A stretch of DNA of 35,472 nt from Marinilabiliaceae bacterium (GTDB lineage Bacteria > Bacteroidota > Bacteroidia > Bacteroidales > Marinilabiliaceae). The translations under genes and the position numbers were made by a program. A model generated the notes under the pieces. It was not told the DNA's origin and ran no database searches. It was given only the letters and a program-made list of their open reading frames with translations. The stretch lies in contig JAOZOF010000005.1 in the NCBI GenBank assembly GCA_029933425.1, positions 1-35,472 on the forward strand, read 5' to 3'. The stretch's first letter is position 1; each line of letters begins with the position of its first letter. This document shows positions 24,070 through 32,797 of this stretch, piece after piece.

Positions 24070-27000
24070 ATGGACGAAATAAAAAGAACCACTTTATTAA
24101 TCATTTTTTTATGGTTACTTGGAATTGTTACATCTTTCGGACAGGATTGTAATATAATTTCTAAGGCCAATGACATAAAACCGGACCGCCTTTGTGCACC
24201 CGTAAATGTTGCGTGGGAAGTTACATACCGTGGTGTTAACGACGGTGGAACAGGTGATGTTGTATTTGAGTTCGACTGGGATGACGGAAATCCACCTGTA
24301 CAGTACAATGCTGTAAAAATTTCAGCCGGCGAATGGTCCTATACCGCAAATCATACATACCCCATAGGCGGTGATAAATGTAACTACCACCCGTCAGTTA
24401 TTCTTATTGTAGCAGGTCAGACCTGTTCAAGTTCTGTTCAGGAACAGGTTGTCACAGTATGGGACACTGATGATCAGAACGGTGGAGAGATGGAGATAGC
24501 CCCTGATGTATTTCCTATTTGTTACGGCGACGACGGCACGGTTACATTTAATGATGTCAGCCAATGGAACTGTACCCCCCCCGATGAGAATGATGTCCCC
24601 AACTCAAGGAAAAGATGGGTACAGTGGATATACGGTACAGGCGGAACAAATATCAACACTGCACAGGTAAACGGTGTAGTGCAGGCATATCCCTTTGTAG
24701 GCCCCATAAACGAAACGACAGAACCAATACTTGGACCTGTTGCCCCATTCAATCAAACAGACCCGATTTACATTCCTGCAGGATATAATGTAGGTAATTT
24801 CTTCGAAGTTACGCTTCGAAACTGGAACTACTGTAACCCTTACGATGATCCCAATATTCCCGGACCTCCGTCCGATCTTGTCAACGGTGACTTCCCCCCC
24901 GTTGAAACAACTGCTATTGCCATTATTGTAGCCCTGCCCGACGGTACTATCACTGCAGTAGGACCATTCTGTGAAAATGAAGCCCCCATGAATCTGACTG
25001 CTGCTACCCCCGGCGGCACCTGGTCAGGCCCCGGAATCACAAACTCTTCTGCAGGAACCTTCGATCCCTCTGTTGCAGGTCCCGGATTACACACAATTAA
25101 TTATGACGTTACCAATGCCGCCGGATGTTCGGCCACAGGAACTACTACGATACAGGTTTGGGATGCTCCCGAAGCCGATATCCTGAACGGGGATGAAACT
25201 TTTCTTTGTCCGGGTGTAATCGACACTCTTGACGGGAATCCGTCAAATGGCACAACACCTTATACCCACCTGTGGACAGGTAATACTTCGCCACTGAACA
25301 ATACCAATACGCAAACCCCGGTCTTCAGCACTAATGTGACAGGAGTTTATCAGTTGATATATAAAGTCACTGATGTCAATTCTTGTAGCGATAAAGACAC
25401 TATAGATGTTCATGTTTATCCGGTTGATATCAGTTTCGACAATACAGATCTTACGTTGTGTACGAATGTGGCAGACACACTAAAGCCTAATCCTCACGGA
25501 GGTTCAGGAGTTTACACGATCCATGACTGGAGCGGTTTACGCACCGATCTTCTTTCAGCCAAAAATATTGAAAAACCTGTTTTCCTCTCTCCGTCCGAAG
25601 GATTGTTCAAGTATCAATATTCGGTTACCGACAATCAGGGTTGTAGTGCCTCCGACAGTATCTCAGTCCATGTTTACGAACAACCTGTTGCTGATGCAGG
25701 ACCCAATGATACGATCTGTGGTCTGTCAAACAACCTGAATGCCACGCCAAGTGCAGGTGCCGGAACCTGGTCACTGTTATCAGGACCGGGAAATATGACA
25801 TTCGGCAATGTTCATAATCCGGGCACCGGCGTTATTGTTGATGCCTATGGTTCATATTCCGTTGAATGGATGGAAGACAACCACACTTGCGGCGATGCTG
25901 ACACTGTAATACTTGTATTTTACAAGACTCCCTCTCCTGTTGCAGCAGCCAATGGAGACACCTGCGGACTGAACTATACCATCAGCGTAACGCCTGATAT
26001 AGGAATTGGTTACTGGAGTCAGAAGTCAGGCCCGGGTACTGCCACATTTGATGATGCGTTGGATACTCTTACTAATGTTTTGGTGAATATCGCCGGTGAT
26101 TATGTGTTTGAATGGATAGAAGCGAATACCTTTGGTTGTACAGGCTCTGATTCTATTAAAGTATCTTTCTATAAGATACCTGTTGCCGACATTGCTCCTT
26201 TTGATACCGTTGGTTGCTCTCCTGTGGAGATAGATTTTCAGAATACATCGACAGATGCCAACACCTATTACTGGACCTTCGGTGACGGCTCTGTTTCGAA
26301 CCAGTCAGACCCCATACACACTTTTAAGAACGGACTTGCATATCCCGACACATTTAACATAGAGATGGTCGCTTACACCACTTTCGGATGTTCGGATACC
26401 ACGCACAGATCAATGATCGTAAATCCATCGCCCGTCTCAGCATTTAAAGCTGACAAAGGACCGGGATGTAGCCCGCTCACCATCAATTTCACAAATACCT
26501 CAGCCGGAGCAGACTCATATCTGTGGACTTTAGGCGACGGCACCCCGGATAAGACCGATGAGAACATAAACCATACATTCCTGAATAACGAAACTTTCGT
26601 CCAGTCGTTCCCGGTAACCCTGGTAGTTGAGAACAGCTACAGTTGTACCGACACATCAGACATGTATGTTACGGTTTATCCATTGAACCATTTCAACATC
26701 ACCGCACAACCCGATACCGGGTGTAATCCATTGAAAGTGGACCTGGCTGCAGATCCGGGAGCATTCACTTACAACTGGGTCTTCGGTGACGGACAGTCTG
26801 TTCCCGGTTCAAATTTCATATCGCATGTTTACTACAATACCGGTGCTTCTCCTAAGACATTTACAGCAACTCTTCTCACGAGTTCCACATTCGGATGTCT
26901 CGATACATCAACTGTTGATATTGTTGTAAATCCTTCACCGGAAAGTAAGTTCTCATTCAATCCTGCCACAGGCTGTGCCCCGCTGAATGTGGCATTCAAC

Positions 27001-29001
27001 AATGAATCGCTGAATGCGGATTCGGCATTATGGAAATTTGGTGACGGAAATGAACTGTTCCTGCCTTCCGACAGCAACACAACTCACATCTTCCTGAACA
27101 CAGATTATTCGCCAAAAACATTCAAAACCGTTCTGATAGTTCAGAACCAATACGGATGTAAAGACTCCACGAACGATTTCATAACCGTGAACCCTGAAGT
27201 CTCGGCAATGATAGATACTGCAGGACGAGGGTGCAGTCCGTTCGGAATAAATATCATGAACAAGTCAACCGGAGCCAACGAATTTTTCTGGGACTTCGGC
27301 GACGGCAATACTTCAACCGGAGTTTTCGGTAACAATGTTTACATAAACAAAAGTGATACTTCAGCAACATACAACATAAGCATGGTAGCACGATCGGTTT
27401 ACGGATGTACCGACACTGCTTACACTACCGTGGAAGTATATCCGCAACCTGAAAGCAAATTCTCCTATTCACCTTCAGAAGGGTGTGCACCCTTGTATGT
27501 TGACCTTTTAAATCAGGCAGGCACTGTAACATCAAGCACATGGAAATTAGGTGACGGATATGAGGTTACTTTCCCCGGCGACAGTTCTCTGAATCACACA
27601 TATGAAAATACCGGATATTCTGTTATGCCTTACCGAATAACACTTTCGGTAGAGAACAGTTTCGGATGTAAAGATTCATCATCAAATACTGTTACGGTTT
27701 ACCCGCAGGTCAAGGCCAGCCTATCGGACGGAAATAACGGATGCAGCCCGCACCAGGTTGCTTTCTCGAACAGTTCGGTCAATGCCAACAGTTTTATCTG
27801 GGATTACGGAGACGGAAACACTACAAATGATTACTCAGGATACAACGTGTTCACCAATAACACAACAAAGGATACGACATACACTGTGATACTCACTGCA
27901 TCATCGGCTCATGGTTGTTCTGACACAGACACTACCACAGTAACCGTGTACCGGGTTCCTAAACCTGACTTTGATGCCATGCCGGAAGAACAACAACTGC
28001 CGAATTCCACTGTTACAGTGGCAAACAACACACCCGGCAACAACTGGGATTACACCTGGCTTTGGGGTGACGGCAGTTCAACAACGGATAAGGACCCGGA
28101 TCCTTACACTTATGGTAAAGACGGAGTGTTCAATATCAAACTTATTGTCGAGGGCGAACACTGTTCCGATTCACTGGTGAAAGCAGTAACCGTTCTGCCA
28201 ACAATGCCTGTTGTTGAGTACGGTCCCGACACTGCCGGTTGTCCGCCTCTTACTGTTCAGTTCTATAATAACTCTAAGTACGGCACAACCTATATGTGGG
28301 AATTTGGTGACGGCGGAGTATCATCGGAAAAAGAACCTGAATATATTTTCAGGACACCCGGTGAATACAAGGTCAAACTGACCGTTTACAGTGCGGGAGG
28401 TGTTGCTGAAGCAGAAAATGTAACAGTAACAGTTTATGATAAACCGACAGCCTATTTTGAAGCTGTTCCTAGCATAATAAAAATACCTGGACAGGAGGTT
28501 TCATTCCTTAACCGTTCCACCGATGCGGCAAGCTGTCTGTGGGATCTGGGCGATGGTCACACATCAACAGAATTCTCTTTCATGTACGAATACAAAGATG
28601 AAGGCGTTTACGATGTGTCACTCGAAGTCGCAAACGAAAAAGGATGTAAAGACAAGTACACCATCCGGGAAGCTGTTACCGCTGAAAAAGGCGGGGATAT
28701 TTCGTTCCCGAACGCATTCACTCCTAATCCGACCGGACCGAACGGAGGCCACTATGTTTATGGTGAGAAAGAGAATTATGTATTCTATCCATTTGTCCAG
28801 GAAGGAATTGAGGAGTACAATCTACAGATATACACACGTTGGGGAGAACTGATCTTTGAGAGTAATGACATAAAGATCGGCTGGGACGGTTACTATCGCG
28901 GCAAACTTTCACCACAAGGTGTGTACATATACAAAGCTACGTGTAAGTTCGGTACAGGATTAATAAAAGTTTACACAGGTGATGTAACTCTATTGAGGTA
29001 A
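24070..29001 (+). CDS. Large T9SS-secreted surface protein: Ig-like N-terminal region, 10 PKD domains, type-B (gliding-motility-associated) C-terminal sorting domain
   Basis: The signal peptide is MDEIKRTTLLIIFLWLLGIVTSFGQ. There are ten W-x-[FLYW]-GDG PKD signatures. The C-terminus, FPNAFTPNPTGPNGG...YNLQIYTRWGELIFES...GWDGYYRGKLSPQGVYIYK, is typical of the T9SS type-B CTD. Confidence 0.92.
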   Translation: MDEIKRTTLLIIFLWLLGIVTSFGQDCNIISKANDIKPDRLCAPVNVAWEVTYRGVNDGGTGDVVFEFDWDDGNPPVQYNAVKISAGEWSYTANHTYPIGGDKCNYHPSVILIVAGQTCSSSVQEQVVTVWDTDDQNGGEMEIAPDVFPICYGDDGTVTFNDVSQWNCTPPDENDVPNSRKRWVQWIYGTGGTNINTAQVNGVVQAYPFVGPINETTEPILGPVAPFNQTDPIYIPAGYNVGNFFEVTLRNWNYCNPYDDPNIPGPPSDLVNGDFPPVETTAIAIIVALPDGTITAVGPFCENEAPMNLTAATPGGTWSGPGITNSSAGTFDPSVAGPGLHTINYDVTNAAGCSATGTTTIQVWDAPEADILNGDETFLCPGVIDTLDGNPSNGTTPYTHLWTGNTSPLNNTNTQTPVFSTNVTGVYQLIYKVTDVNSCSDKDTIDVHVYPVDISFDNTDLTLCTNVADTLKPNPHGGSGVYTIHDWSGLRTDLLSAKNIEKPVFLSPSEGLFKYQYSVTDNQGCSASDSISVHVYEQPVADAGPNDTICGLSNNLNATPSAGAGTWSLLSGPGNMTFGNVHNPGTGVIVDAYGSYSVEWMEDNHTCGDADTVILVFYKTPSPVAAANGDTCGLNYTISVTPDIGIGYWSQKSGPGTATFDDALDTLTNVLVNIAGDYVFEWIEANTFGCTGSDSIKVSFYKIPVADIAPFDTVGCSPVEIDFQNTSTDANTYYWTFGDGSVSNQSDPIHTFKNGLAYPDTFNIEMVAYTTFGCSDTTHRSMIVNPSPVSAFKADKGPGCSPLTINFTNTSAGADSYLWTLGDGTPDKTDENINHTFLNNETFVQSFPVTLVVENSYSCTDTSDMYVTVYPLNHFNITAQPDTGCNPLKVDLAADPGAFTYNWVFGDGQSVPGSNFISHVYYNTGASPKTFTATLLTSSTFGCLDTSTVDIVVNPSPESKFSFNPATGCAPLNVAFNNESLNADSALWKFGDGNELFLPSDSNTTHIFLNTDYSPKTFKTVLIVQNQYGCKDSTNDFITVNPEVSAMIDTAGRGCSPFGINIMNKSTGANEFFWDFGDGNTSTGVFGNNVYINKSDTSATYNISMVARSVYGCTDTAYTTVEVYPQPESKFSYSPSEGCAPLYVDLLNQAGTVTSSTWKLGDGYEVTFPGDSSLNHTYENTGYSVMPYRITLSVENSFGCKDSSSNTVTVYPQVKASLSDGNNGCSPHQVAFSNSSVNANSFIWDYGDGNTTNDYSGYNVFTNNTTKDTTYTVILTASSAHGCSDTDTTTVTVYRVPKPDFDAMPEEQQLPNSTVTVANNTPGNNWDYTWLWGDGSSTTDKDPDPYTYGKDGVFNIKLIVEGEHCSDSLVKAVTVLPTMPVVEYGPDTAGCPPLTVQFYNNSKYGTTYMWEFGDGGVSSEKEPEYIFRTPGEYKVKLTVYSAGGVAEAENVTVTVYDKPTAYFEAVPSIIKIPGQEVSFLNRSTDAASCLWDLGDGHTSTEFSFMYEYKDEGVYDVSLEVANEKGCKDKYTIREAVTAEKGGDISFPNAFTPNPTGPNGGHYVYGEKENYVFYPFVQEGIEEYNLQIYTRWGELIFESNDIKIGWDGYYRGKLSPQGVYIYKATCKFGTGLIKVYTGDVTLLR
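26180..28690 (+). repeat. Tandem array of 10 PKD-domain coding repeats (protein-level repeat, about 240-258 bp period)
   Basis: The TGG of the WxxGDG signature occurs at 26272, 26524, 26775, 27031, 27289, 27541, 27799, 28056, 28296 and 28539. Confidence 0.85.
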
Positions 29002-29018
29002 AAGGTAAAAGGAGAAAG

Positions 29019-30098
29019 GTGAAAGAATCAATGAGAATGAAGATCCGGTACATATTAGTTTTAATTTCCCTGATCACTTTTTTAAGTGAAAGGAAAAGCT
29101 ATGCCCAGGATCCTCACTTTTCACAGTTTTACGCCAACCCTTTGTATCTGAGTCCTTCTCTGGCAGGTGCAACTGATGGAGGAAGGATTACACTTAACTA
29201 CCGTAATCAGTGGCCTGCAATATCAAAAGCTTTCTCAACTTATGCTGTATCTATCGACAATTTTTTCCCAACATTCAACAGTGGCCTGGGATTTTATCTG
29301 ATGCAGGATATGGCGGGAAGTGCCGGACTAAGGACAACCAATGCCGCATTCCAGTATTCCTACAACCTGATAATTAATGAACAGTGGCAGGTGGTGCCGG
29401 GTATTCAGTTCGAATACGGAAATAAGTCTATTGATTTTACAAAACTGGTCTTTGCCGATGAAGAAATAGGCGGTGGATCTTCGGGATCATGGGACAGACT
29501 TGAGAACGAACAGGCCAATTACATGGACCTTGCCGCCTCGGCTTTCGCATACAGCCCCAAATACTGGATAGGTATAACATTAAATCACCTTGCAAAACCC
29601 AACTATTCATTTCTCGGTGAAGAGATGCGATATGACCTGAAATATACGATTTTCGGAGGTTTCAACATCTGGAGGGAAAGAAAGAGAACAAGCAAAGTGG
29701 AGCGTTCTTTCTCATTCAGCTTCCGGTATCAGCATCAGGACAAGTTCAACCAGGCGGATGTAGGTGTTTACTGGCACAACTCGCCAATAGAAATTGGTAT
29801 CTGGTACCGCGGATTGCCGTTCGCCAATACAGAAAATACCCTGAACCAGGATGCCATTGTAGCACTGCTTGCTTATGATCTTGGGGCATTCCGTATCGGA
29901 TACAGCTACGACATTACTATATCGGGATTGGGAATACAATCGGCAGGAGCTCATGAGATATCGATAATCTTTGAATTTAATCAGAACTTTGGTCTCCGTG
30001 TCGGAGGACGTCGCCCTGCTGTTCCATGTTCATCAACGGCTAATCCGCTTTCAAGCACCCAGAGAAAGTACAAACGGAAATCAAGAAAAATATTCTAA
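29019..30098 (+). CDS. PorP/SprF family type IX secretion system membrane protein
   Basis: The hallmark N-terminal motif AQDPHFSQFYANPLYLSPSLAG follows a signal peptide, and the remainder is beta-barrel-like. The gene starts 17-35 nt after the cargo gene. The ORF track start at 29019 is a GTG, so the ATG at 29031 or 29037 is the more likely true start. Confidence 0.9.
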   Translation: MKESMRMKIRYILVLISLITFLSERKSYAQDPHFSQFYANPLYLSPSLAGATDGGRITLNYRNQWPAISKAFSTYAVSIDNFFPTFNSGLGFYLMQDMAGSAGLRTTNAAFQYSYNLIINEQWQVVPGIQFEYGNKSIDFTKLVFADEEIGGGSSGSWDRLENEQANYMDLAASAFAYSPKYWIGITLNHLAKPNYSFLGEEMRYDLKYTIFGGFNIWRERKRTSKVERSFSFSFRYQHQDKFNQADVGVYWHNSPIEIGIWYRGLPFANTENTLNQDAIVALLAYDLGAFRIGYSYDITISGLGIQSAGAHEISIIFEFNQNFGLRVGGRRPAVPCSSTANPLSSTQRKYKRKSRKIF

Positions 30099-30534
30099 AT
30101 AAAAGACCTGCAAAAAGTAAAGAAAGTAGATTCTACTTTAATATTTGAAAGTTAATCTTAAAAAAAATTTCAAAATTTCAATTCAATCTGACAAACTATA
30201 GAACAACATAGTTAAACATCCTTCAACTAGACCCATATGTTCTTTCTCCTTGATGAGAAAGAACCAAAGAATCAAGGCAAAATTAAGCTTCCCCCCGCTC
30301 TTTAAAAATTGCAGAAATAATATCAAAGTAAGAAAAATGCTATCGCATTTTTGAAACGACAAGCGCCTTTGATTTATTTCTATGCAATTTTTCAATTCAC
30401 CCTTACGCTTGCCCGCCCGCCTGACCAAGTCGGACAGGCAATTTTACCAAGCCTTCCCGCTTTAGAAAAACAAAAATTCTTCAGTATTAACTATTTCTGA
30501 TAAAAAAATCATTAGAGTATTTGTGGCTTTTGAT

Positions 30535-30542
30535 TAAATTTG
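30535..30542 (+). promoter_or_regulatory. Candidate -7 promoter box (TAnnTTTG) for ung
   Basis: TAAATTTG at 30535-30542 is an exact match. It ends 4 nt before the ATG at 30547. Confidence 0.4.
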
Positions 30543-30546
30543 CTTT

Positions 30547-31218
30547 ATGAGCAATGTAAACCCGCAAATAGAAAAGAGTTGGAAAGAGGTTTTGCTTGAT
30601 GAGTTCAACAAACCATACTTCGCACAGCTTAAAGATTTTCTGATAGAGGAAAAGAAACAATACACCATTTATCCTCCCGGAGCGCTTATTTTCAATGCCT
30701 TCAACCAGACTCCTTTCGACAATGTGAAAGTGGTGCTGCTCGGGCAGGACCCGTATCACGGCAGAGGGCAGGCACACGGTTTGTGCTTTTCAGTACCCGA
30801 CGGTGTTCAGCCTCCTCCTTCACTGATAAATATTTTTAAAGAGATAAATTCTGATCTCGGCTCACCTGTGCCACAAAACGGAAATCTCACCCGGTGGACA
30901 GAGCAGGGAGTGCTGCTTCTGAATGCTATTCTTACCGTACGTGCCGGACAGGCATCGTCACACCGTGAACACGGATGGGAGCAGTTTACCGATGCTGTAA
31001 TTAAAACTATATCGGAACAAAAGACAGGTGTTGTGTTCCTCTTGTGGGGAAAATATGCCCGGAGCAAAAAGATACTCATCGACAGCAGTAAACATCTGAT
31101 ACTTGAAGCCCCGCACCCTTCTCCTTACAGCGCCGATTACGGTTTTTTCGGATGTAAACACTTTTCGAAAACGAATAATTACCTCATTCAGCAGGGGAAA
31201 GAGCCGATAGAGTGGTAG
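30547..31218 (+). CDS. ung: Uracil-DNA glycosylase (family 1)
   Basis: The catalytic water-activating motif is GQDPYHGRGQAHGLCFSV. The C-terminal leucine-loop region is HPSPYSADYGFFGCKHF. The length of 223 aa is typical. Confidence 0.95.
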   Translation: MSNVNPQIEKSWKEVLLDEFNKPYFAQLKDFLIEEKKQYTIYPPGALIFNAFNQTPFDNVKVVLLGQDPYHGRGQAHGLCFSVPDGVQPPPSLINIFKEINSDLGSPVPQNGNLTRWTEQGVLLLNAILTVRAGQASSHREHGWEQFTDAVIKTISEQKTGVVFLLWGKYARSKKILIDSSKHLILEAPHPSPYSADYGFFGCKHFSKTNNYLIQQGKEPIEW

Positions 31219-31310
31219 CACCCCCTCTAACTCCCAGGGGAGAACAATTTATCTTTATCTTATATTACATTCGCACTAATTTGCAGCAATTCGTATAATT
31301 CGCGATAATA

Positions 31311-31347
31311 CAACAAACCCTCCGCAATCTTAAAAAGTTACGGAGGG
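31311..31347 (-). terminator. Probable terminator downstream of hsp20
   Basis: On the minus strand the stem is ccctccg paired with cggaggg (31318-31324 and 31341-31347 on the + strand), followed by tttgttg. A second GC-rich hairpin (agcggg/cccgct, about 31359-31394) lies closer to the stop codon. Confidence 0.5.
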
Positions 31348-31403
31348 TAAAGTCATTTAAGCGGGGGTGCGACTTCAAGTCATGCTCCCGCTTTGCTATG
31401 AAC

Positions 31404-31838
31404 TTACGATACTTTAATGGTCTTAGGTGGTTTTGGTTTAACCTCTTCTTTTTTACCTATGAACACTTCAAGTATTCCATTCTTGTATGATGCTTTGATA
31501 GTTGACTCATCAACAGTATCCTCAGGTAATCTGAAAGAACGATGAAATGAAGTATAGTTAAATTCACGCTTGGTGTAGTTCTCATCTTTTTCTTCTTTCT
31601 TCTCTTCAGAAGTAGCAGAAATAGTCATTATTCCGTTTTCCACAGAGATGTCGAAGTTATCTTTTTCGTAACCCGGTGCGGCAACTTCAAGAACAAATCC
31701 GTCTTCAGTCTCTTTTACATTAACTGCAGGCAGAGTATTTAATTCTTCCTGATCTTCGTTAAAAAATCCGCTTCTGAATACATTGTTGAATAAGTTCTCC
31801 AACTCAGGCATCATGTAGTTTCTTCTTACGATAGTCAT
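31404..31838 (-). CDS. Hsp20/alpha-crystallin family small heat-shock protein
   Basis: 144 aa. The alpha-crystallin domain runs PAVNVKETEDGFVLEVAAPGYEKDNFDISVENGIMTISA ... FRLPEDTVDESTIKASYKNGILEVFIGKK. AGGAGG lies 8 nt upstream of the ATG. Confidence 0.93.
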   Translation of the reverse strand: MTIVRRNYMMPELENLFNNVFRSGFFNEDQEELNTLPAVNVKETEDGFVLEVAAPGYEKDNFDISVENGIMTISATSEEKKEEKDENYTKREFNYTSFHRSFRLPEDTVDESTIKASYKNGILEVFIGKKEEVKPKPPKTIKVS

Positions 31839-32049
31839 TTTTATGTCCTCCTTAAATTTTTAGTTTTCAATTATTGTTTTCGCCTGATTTAGGACAAACA
31901 CAATGCCAACGGAAAAAAGAGGATATTTTGTCACGAAACAACTATCTATCAAGACATTGTGACTGATTAGTTTTATTTTTAAGAGACAAATTGACAGTTA
32001 AAACGGGATTAAGCGTGAATAAATACTTTTAATAAATATTCATCACTTC

Positions 32050-32727
32050 TTATTTAAGAACATCATTCAGAACTTTTGTTATTTCTTTTGTCCACAGTTC
32101 ATACCCCACATGATTCATGTGAAGATTATCGCTGACGAACAAGTCATTACGAACATTGCCATTACTGTCAAGCATAATGCTCCACACATCAGCAAAACCT
32201 GTATTTTCTTTCTTTGAACATAACTTACTGAGTTTCTTATTAACCACCTCATACTCTTTTTTCAGCCCCCATCTGCTTATACTGGGTTTTGCCGAGATGA
32301 AGATCACAGGAGTCTCAGGAAAGTCATTTCTTATCATTGATAAAAGATGTTTTGCATCCTTAAGTATTTCCGAAGGCTTTTTACCATCTGCAATATCATT
32401 ATCACCTTCGTAAATTAATATTACATCCGGCTTGTATGGTGCGATCAGTTTATCGTAGAAAAAAATCAGATCACTAAACTGCGATCCTCCAAAGCCATTT
32501 TTTATCACGTTATAACCTGAAAAACTGTCTTCAATATTATTCCATTTTCTTATGCTTGAACTCCCGGCAAACAGTAATACGGGTTTACTGTTATTGAAAT
32601 GATGATCTTTACTGATAAGTTCATTAACCTCATTATTGAAACGAGCCGGGTCCTGAGCCAACAATATTCCCTGCAAAAACAATAAGAGTATAAAAGAAAG
32701 AAAAACAGCTTTATACATATTTTTCAT
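32050..32727 (-). CDS. SGNH/GDSL-family hydrolase (secreted esterase/acetylesterase-like)
   Basis: A signal peptide is present. Block I is LLFAGSSSIRKW, block II is GFGGSQ, block III is IYEGDNDI and block V is SDNLHMN (DxxH). Confidence 0.8.
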   Translation of the reverse strand: MKNMYKAVFLSFILLLFLQGILLAQDPARFNNEVNELISKDHHFNNSKPVLLFAGSSSIRKWNNIEDSFSGYNVIKNGFGGSQFSDLIFFYDKLIAPYKPDVILIYEGDNDIADGKKPSEILKDAKHLLSMIRNDFPETPVIFISAKPSISRWGLKKEYEVVNKKLSKLCSKKENTGFADVWSIMLDSNGNVRNDLFVSDNLHMNHVGYELWTKEITKVLNDVLK

Positions 32728-32797
32728 ATGCTTGAGTTCATTAGAATTTATTTTAAAAAGAATTATTCGTTGATAAATTTACTCTTTTTGAGACCTG

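Noticed and set aside
30183-30777. Minus-strand ORFs 30183-30428 (81 aa) and 30487-30777 (96 aa).
   Set aside because: The first spans the hairpin-rich non-coding gap and has an implausible sequence. The second is antisense to the 5' end of the well-supported ung gene.
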